Virus record (IMG/VR): IMGVR_UViG_3300044724_005098
Span: 1 to 31,089 of that record
Origin: a virus
Taxonomy: Duplodnaviria > Caudoviricetes
Strand: one strand, 5' to 3'
Length of the DNA: 31,089 nucleotides
Shown here: positions 27,295-31,089 of the stretch, in pieces
How positions within the stretch are numbered: position 1 is the stretch's first letter
Layout of the letters: each line of letters starts with the position of its first letter
The notes under the pieces: generated by a model
Databases searched by the model: none
The model's input: only the letters and a program-made list of their open reading frames with translations
Told to the model about the DNA's origin: nothing
Position numbers and translations under genes: made by a program

Positions 27295-27843
27295 TTAGTC
27301 TTTTTCTGGCTTGACTCGTCTCCAAAAATGGTAATTTAATGTGACGCTGAATGTAGCAGGTGCACCAGTTCCTTGTATGTTGTACGCTACTTCACCGATG
27401 CTGGATGGAAAAACACCTACCAATTGATACTGTGCGATTGCATTTAATTGAGGGTCAAGCTGTAACAGATCAACAGTTGAGGTGGCACGTGGTACGTAAT
27501 AATTACCGGTGCTATCCTCATCATCAAATGTATCATGAGACCATCTCTCGAACAACCGCCTGATTGCGCTTTGCCCATCCGCATAAAAAGTCGCGTTATA
27601 TGTACCGGCATATTGTGCGGCACCAGGTACCTTGAATGCTAGACCCATGTAACTCACATCTGTACTGGCGATTGTACGTGCTGGTATCTGACCTCCTTGG
27701 ATATACACGAGATCGTCTTCTGTTATGATCGCATCTGTAGCATCTGATTGAATGCTCAACACTCTGAATTGAAAATCACGCGAGAAATCCCGCGCTTGAG
27801 CTACTCTGTAGAAATCACTGATTGTTTGTTTTACGTCTGGCAT
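27295..27843 (-). CDS. gp19: Tail tube protein (T4 gp19-like)
   Basis: GQIPARTI...YMGLAFKVPG...TFYAD...IRRLFERW...QLD...YQLVGVFPSSIGEVAY...FSVTLNY. Directly follows the sheath. Confidence 0.9.
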   Translation of the reverse strand: MPDVKQTISDFYRVAQARDFSRDFQFRVLSIQSDATDAIITEDDLVYIQGGQIPARTIASTDVSYMGLAFKVPGAAQYAGTYNATFYADGQSAIRRLFERWSHDTFDDEDSTGNYYVPRATSTVDLLQLDPQLNAIAQYQLVGVFPSSIGEVAYNIQGTGAPATFSVTLNYHFWRRVKPEKD

Positions 27844-27848
27844 ATAAT

Positions 27849-27854
27849 TATTTA
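27849..27854 (-). promoter_or_regulatory. Late promoter box TAAATA
   Basis: Minus strand reads AATAAATA-ATTAT-ATG, 5 nt to the start. Confidence 0.7.
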
Positions 27855-27857
27855 TTC

Positions 27858-30416
27858 TTAGCCTACTAATTCATTGAAGTCTTGACCTGTTCTGGTTGCG
27901 TAGAAGTTGACCAAGATGAATTCAGCGGCACGTACAGGTTTGATGTAAATGTCAATCACCATCTCGTTTTGATCGATCACGTCTGGAGTGTTGTTACGCT
28001 CGTCACACACGATCAAGTAATCGTACATACCATCTGTGTTTTTAGCGTTCTCAAAAATTGGCGTGAGCACGTTCACCACCTGGGTCCTGGTGAACAACGT
28101 GTTGGGTTCGAACACGAAATATTTCACGGTGGCTCGTGTGGCTTTTTCTAGATACAAGAACAGACGACGTACATTGATTCTATCAAACGCGCTTGGTTTT
28201 CTCTGCAGTGTTTTCTGCCCGAATACCACAAATCCATCATTAGGGAAGTTGGCTACCGGATTTTGATTGATCTTGTACAGCTGATCACGTTCTTTTAATT
28301 TTGGATAAATCGCGAGGTCACTCACGTTGCTCAGCACACCGCGTGTGAAACCAGCTGGTGCGTACCATGGTTGAAAGTTGGCATCTGTATTGGCCATCAA
28401 TGATGCGGCGAATCCGCTGAATGGGGCCCAGATGCCTCTGTTGAGTGTACCGTCAAACGTTTTCACCCAATTACCGAACGCACAAGCGTAACTGCTGTTA
28501 GCGTTACCTTGCAGGTGACGGAGTGGCCAGTAAATGTGTTTGGAGAAATATTTCTTGGTTGTGACATTTTTGTTTTTAGTGGTGTCAAATTCAGTGAACT
28601 CTTGATTGAGTGTTTTTGAATTTTTCCCGTTCACAAAAACATATCTCAAATTGTCAGATATGTACAATATATCCTTTCTCTTGTTTTGACAGAAATTGAT
28701 GAACGCGTCATTCACGAAACGATAATTGAGCACGGTACCGGATGTTTGTAAATTCTCATTTATTTTGGTCAGGTACATGTCGTCTTTTCCTACTCCGGTG
28801 CCATCCATGTCCCATGGCTTCTCATCATCAAATCCATTGGTCGTACCACCTTCTGTACCTACATAAACTGTTCCCAAGCCAGCTTCCAACACCAGATCCA
28901 ATGGATACAGCTCGTAATTGTCGACAACCTCGAACATACGCTCCAGTTTTGTTGGTATGGCTCCTACCTTGATCGTACGAACACTGGTGTCCTTGAACAC
29001 TCCAGCGGGGTACAACGAGTTGGCAGCCTCTATGCCTGTATCATCACCAGCGTCATCAGCATTCAAAGCTTTTCTGAAACCGCTGGTCGCTTGGAATTCT
29101 GTTTCGTTTATGTATATCAATTCATTAGTATGGCTCTTGCTTGTATGAACACGTACTTTCTTTTTAGAAACAGAATGTGTGCTGTCAAACCAATCACCTT
29201 GCGCGTTACTGATGTATGGATTGATAAAAATTTCAATGTTTGGTGTGCCCACTTTTGCAGAAGCTACATCTTCGATAAAATGAGATTGTGCTGTACCACC
29301 AAGTGGTGAGTTGACACGTTTGAAACCGTTCAGCGAGCCGACGTAGCTTTCAGCCAGTATAAAATCCAGTTTTGATGTGTCAGCAGCAAGCACGGATTCA
29401 CGCACCTTGAACAATCCAATGCATATGGTATCATCAAACTCTTGCGTGCCAAGCTCGATATCACTCAGGTTCTCAAGCACCTCACTCACCGATGTACCGC
29501 CACTCGATTTACCGGAGCTGTTCGCGCCAGCAACTGGTGTGGCGGATCCGGTCATGTCGAAGTTCAATCGACTTCCGGGAATGCTTAGATATTTATCTAG
29601 TGAGACACCACCTGTAGGATTGCTACCGCTCAATTTCCTGGTGACCGTCTCGATACCTTCACATCCATCATAATCTGTGGCGGGATTCAAATTGGTGTTG
29701 TCTATAACACCCACATAAAATCCTTCCATCTTCTCATTTATGATGTTTTTTCTGGAATTGATGATGACCATACCAGCTCCACCTTCTACTGCTGTTTTGA
29801 AAGTTGTACCAAACGGTGTGGTGTCTCCACTGTTGGTGGCCTCGAACGATGATACGGACCATTCATAAGTGCCTTGTTTGAAATCATCATATTCTTGCGC
29901 GGAGATGTAATAATTTTGAGGCTCACCAATGTAATACACTACACCGTCACTCCAGTGGATCTTCCCTGGATTGGTCTTTACATCCTTCAACTCGGTAGAT
30001 GCCTCCCCACCGGGAGTGGAGTCTGTGAAACTATTTTCCTTGTAAAAGTTAGCATGTGGGTCACCGGCATCATGTCTCTGACCACTCAACGCCACAATTG
30101 GATACACCAGTGCACTGTATTTGTCACTCACATCACCAAGATCATCCTCTCCTCCGTATGGTAACCTGTAAACAAATGTGTTGCCTGGGCTCTGCTTGGC
30201 CGCTTTGAATGTGTGGTAAAAATATCGCTCCGCTGCATTTGAAGGCATGCCATACACATTCTCAAACTCGCTCAACGTGGTTATCTCGATCACCTCTTCT
30301 GTTGGACCCTTGGAACTGAACCCGGGGATCAAAATGTTTGTACCCACCGGTAGTGACGGTCTCAATGAAAGATCGACTTCGCTAATTTCAACACCTGGAC
30401 TTTGTATAGTACGCAT
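27858..30416 (-). CDS. gp18: Contractile tail sheath protein (T4 gp18-like), 852 aa
   Basis: N-terminal SPGVEISEVDLS, plus WYAPAGFTRG, FGQKTLQ...AFDRINVRRLF, FVFEPN and IYIKPVRAAEFI. Confidence 0.97.
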   Translation of the reverse strand: MRTIQSPGVEISEVDLSLRPSLPVGTNILIPGFSSKGPTEEVIEITTLSEFENVYGMPSNAAERYFYHTFKAAKQSPGNTFVYRLPYGGEDDLGDVSDKYSALVYPIVALSGQRHDAGDPHANFYKENSFTDSTPGGEASTELKDVKTNPGKIHWSDGVVYYIGEPQNYYISAQEYDDFKQGTYEWSVSSFEATNSGDTTPFGTTFKTAVEGGAGMVIINSRKNIINEKMEGFYVGVIDNTNLNPATDYDGCEGIETVTRKLSGSNPTGGVSLDKYLSIPGSRLNFDMTGSATPVAGANSSGKSSGGTSVSEVLENLSDIELGTQEFDDTICIGLFKVRESVLAADTSKLDFILAESYVGSLNGFKRVNSPLGGTAQSHFIEDVASAKVGTPNIEIFINPYISNAQGDWFDSTHSVSKKKVRVHTSKSHTNELIYINETEFQATSGFRKALNADDAGDDTGIEAANSLYPAGVFKDTSVRTIKVGAIPTKLERMFEVVDNYELYPLDLVLEAGLGTVYVGTEGGTTNGFDDEKPWDMDGTGVGKDDMYLTKINENLQTSGTVLNYRFVNDAFINFCQNKRKDILYISDNLRYVFVNGKNSKTLNQEFTEFDTTKNKNVTTKKYFSKHIYWPLRHLQGNANSSYACAFGNWVKTFDGTLNRGIWAPFSGFAASLMANTDANFQPWYAPAGFTRGVLSNVSDLAIYPKLKERDQLYKINQNPVANFPNDGFVVFGQKTLQRKPSAFDRINVRRLFLYLEKATRATVKYFVFEPNTLFTRTQVVNVLTPIFENAKNTDGMYDYLIVCDERNNTPDVIDQNEMVIDIYIKPVRAAEFILVNFYATRTGQDFNELVG

Positions 30417-30426
30417 ATAAATATAT

Positions 30427-30446
30427 CTCCTTGTTATAGATATTTA
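30427..30446 (-). promoter_or_regulatory. Late box TAAATA (30441-30446) plus Shine-Dalgarno AAGGAG (30427-30432) for the sheath gene
   Basis: Minus strand reads ACTAAATA-TCTATAAC-AAGGAG-ATATATTTAT-ATG. It is the only clear SD I found before a gene start in the window. Confidence 0.75.
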
Positions 30447-30465
30447 GTCTCTCAAGACCCAAGAT

Positions 30466-31053
30466 TTACAAAAGTTGTGACGTTAGTTGACTAAAACTAA
30501 ACTCAAATGTTGAATCGATTTGTGTGGGATCCTGGTAATTGTAATTTATCGAACCTAGACTGACCGGCACCACTCCAATATAATCAAATTGTATTTTCTT
30601 GTTGTCATACTCATCCAATCCAAACACAGTGAAATTTGTAGCATAATCTTCAAAAGGTGCGTCTTTCAATGGCATCTGGTCTTTGTGGAAAAAGGCTTCT
30701 TTGTTGTGATTCATCAAATTGATCCACTTGTATATCACCCAGTAGTTGTTGAATTGATTGTCTATAACAAAATTAACGGTTATGTTGCCGTATGATGGTC
30801 GATGGTGCCCGGAAAATTTAAACACTTGCCCTGAGTATGTCTCCTCGATGGCGTTCACGGTTATGGCAGGTATGATCGTACCGAATATACTGAACTGTAA
30901 TGAATCATGTATGAGTTTCTCATCTAACCGACTAGAGTTGTCTCGTGTGTTCACCATTCTCAAAGCTTTAGGTAGTGTGAACACAAGTAAAAACTTGTCC
31001 TTTTTAGCTTTGTTTAATATCGATTGCCGGATTGTTGAAATTTGCTCAGCCAT
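30466..31053 (-). CDS. gp3: Tail tube terminator / sheath stabiliser (T4 gp3-like)
   Basis: IIPAITV...YGNITVNFVIDNQFNNYWVIYKW...FDYIGVVPVSLGSINY...FEFSF matches the gp3 tube-fold pattern. Confidence 0.7.
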   Translation of the reverse strand: MAEQISTIRQSILNKAKKDKFLLVFTLPKALRMVNTRDNSSRLDEKLIHDSLQFSIFGTIIPAITVNAIEETYSGQVFKFSGHHRPSYGNITVNFVIDNQFNNYWVIYKWINLMNHNKEAFFHKDQMPLKDAPFEDYATNFTVFGLDEYDNKKIQFDYIGVVPVSLGSINYNYQDPTQIDSTFEFSFSQLTSQLL

Positions 31054-31061
31054 GTCGTTTA

Positions 31062-31069
31062 TATTTATA
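31062..31069 (-). promoter_or_regulatory. T4-type late promoter TATAAATA
   Basis: Minus strand reads TATAAATA-TAAACGAC-ATG, a perfect consensus 8 nt before the start. Confidence 0.8.
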
Positions 31070-31089
31070 ACAGCTCATACCCATTCGCT

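Noticed and set aside
30416-30423. Perfect TATAAATA on the plus strand at the sheath start, pointing antisense to the gp3-like gene
   Set aside because: It falls in the AT-rich SD-to-ATG spacer with no plus-strand gene downstream. It cannot be distinguished from chance without transcript data.
890-30795. Numerous short ORFs (60-140 aa) in the track lying antisense to, or in alternate frames of, the long genes
   Set aside because: They lie wholly within well-supported genes, have no promoter box or coupling, and show no recognisable motifs. They are most likely shadow ORFs.
12390-31053. Extracellular contractile injection system / tailocin / T6SS interpretation
   Set aside because: The AAA+ protein is a clamp loader rather than an Afp15-type ATPase. 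dUTPase, a terminase-like gene and T4-type late promoters indicate a phage genome.
31065-31089. Probable 3' end of an upstream minus-strand gene (...ANGYELL-stop) overlapping the late promoter
   Set aside because: Only about 7 codons are visible, so neither frame nor identity can be supported.
1-31089. CRISPR arrays, tRNAs, introns/inteins, homing endonucleases, DGR repeats; frequent TGTGT runs
   Set aside because: No spaced direct repeats or intergenic room for RNA genes, and no such protein motifs recognised. The TG runs reflect ACA/CAC-rich codons on the coding strand.

Overview
The window is part of the virion tail/baseplate region of a large T4-like (contractile-tailed) dsDNA bacteriophage. 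It is densely coded, mostly on the minus strand. Reading right to left: gp3-like tail terminator, gp18 sheath, gp19 tube, gp54-like tube initiator, two gp26-like hub/chaperone paralogs, tape measure, gp48-like cap, gp53, gp27-like hub and two orphans. Next comes an embedded island: a plus-strand small-terminase-like gene, a minus-strand sigma70-type operon (49-aa ORF, dUTPase, clamp loader) and a plus-strand orphan. Then gp25, gp6, two gp7-like wedge proteins, a 1803-aa modular baseplate/fibre protein and a >1227-aa ORF that runs off the left edge and is absent from the ORF track. The most striking signal is regulatory. Twelve genes have a T4-late-like TAA(A/G)TA box upstream, and in eleven it ends only 5-8 nt before the start codon with no Shine-Dalgarno, which implies near-leaderless late mRNAs. 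In eight the box extends to a dyad-symmetric TAAnTAnTTA decamer. All protein assignments come from motif recognition and synteny by eye; no database searches were run.
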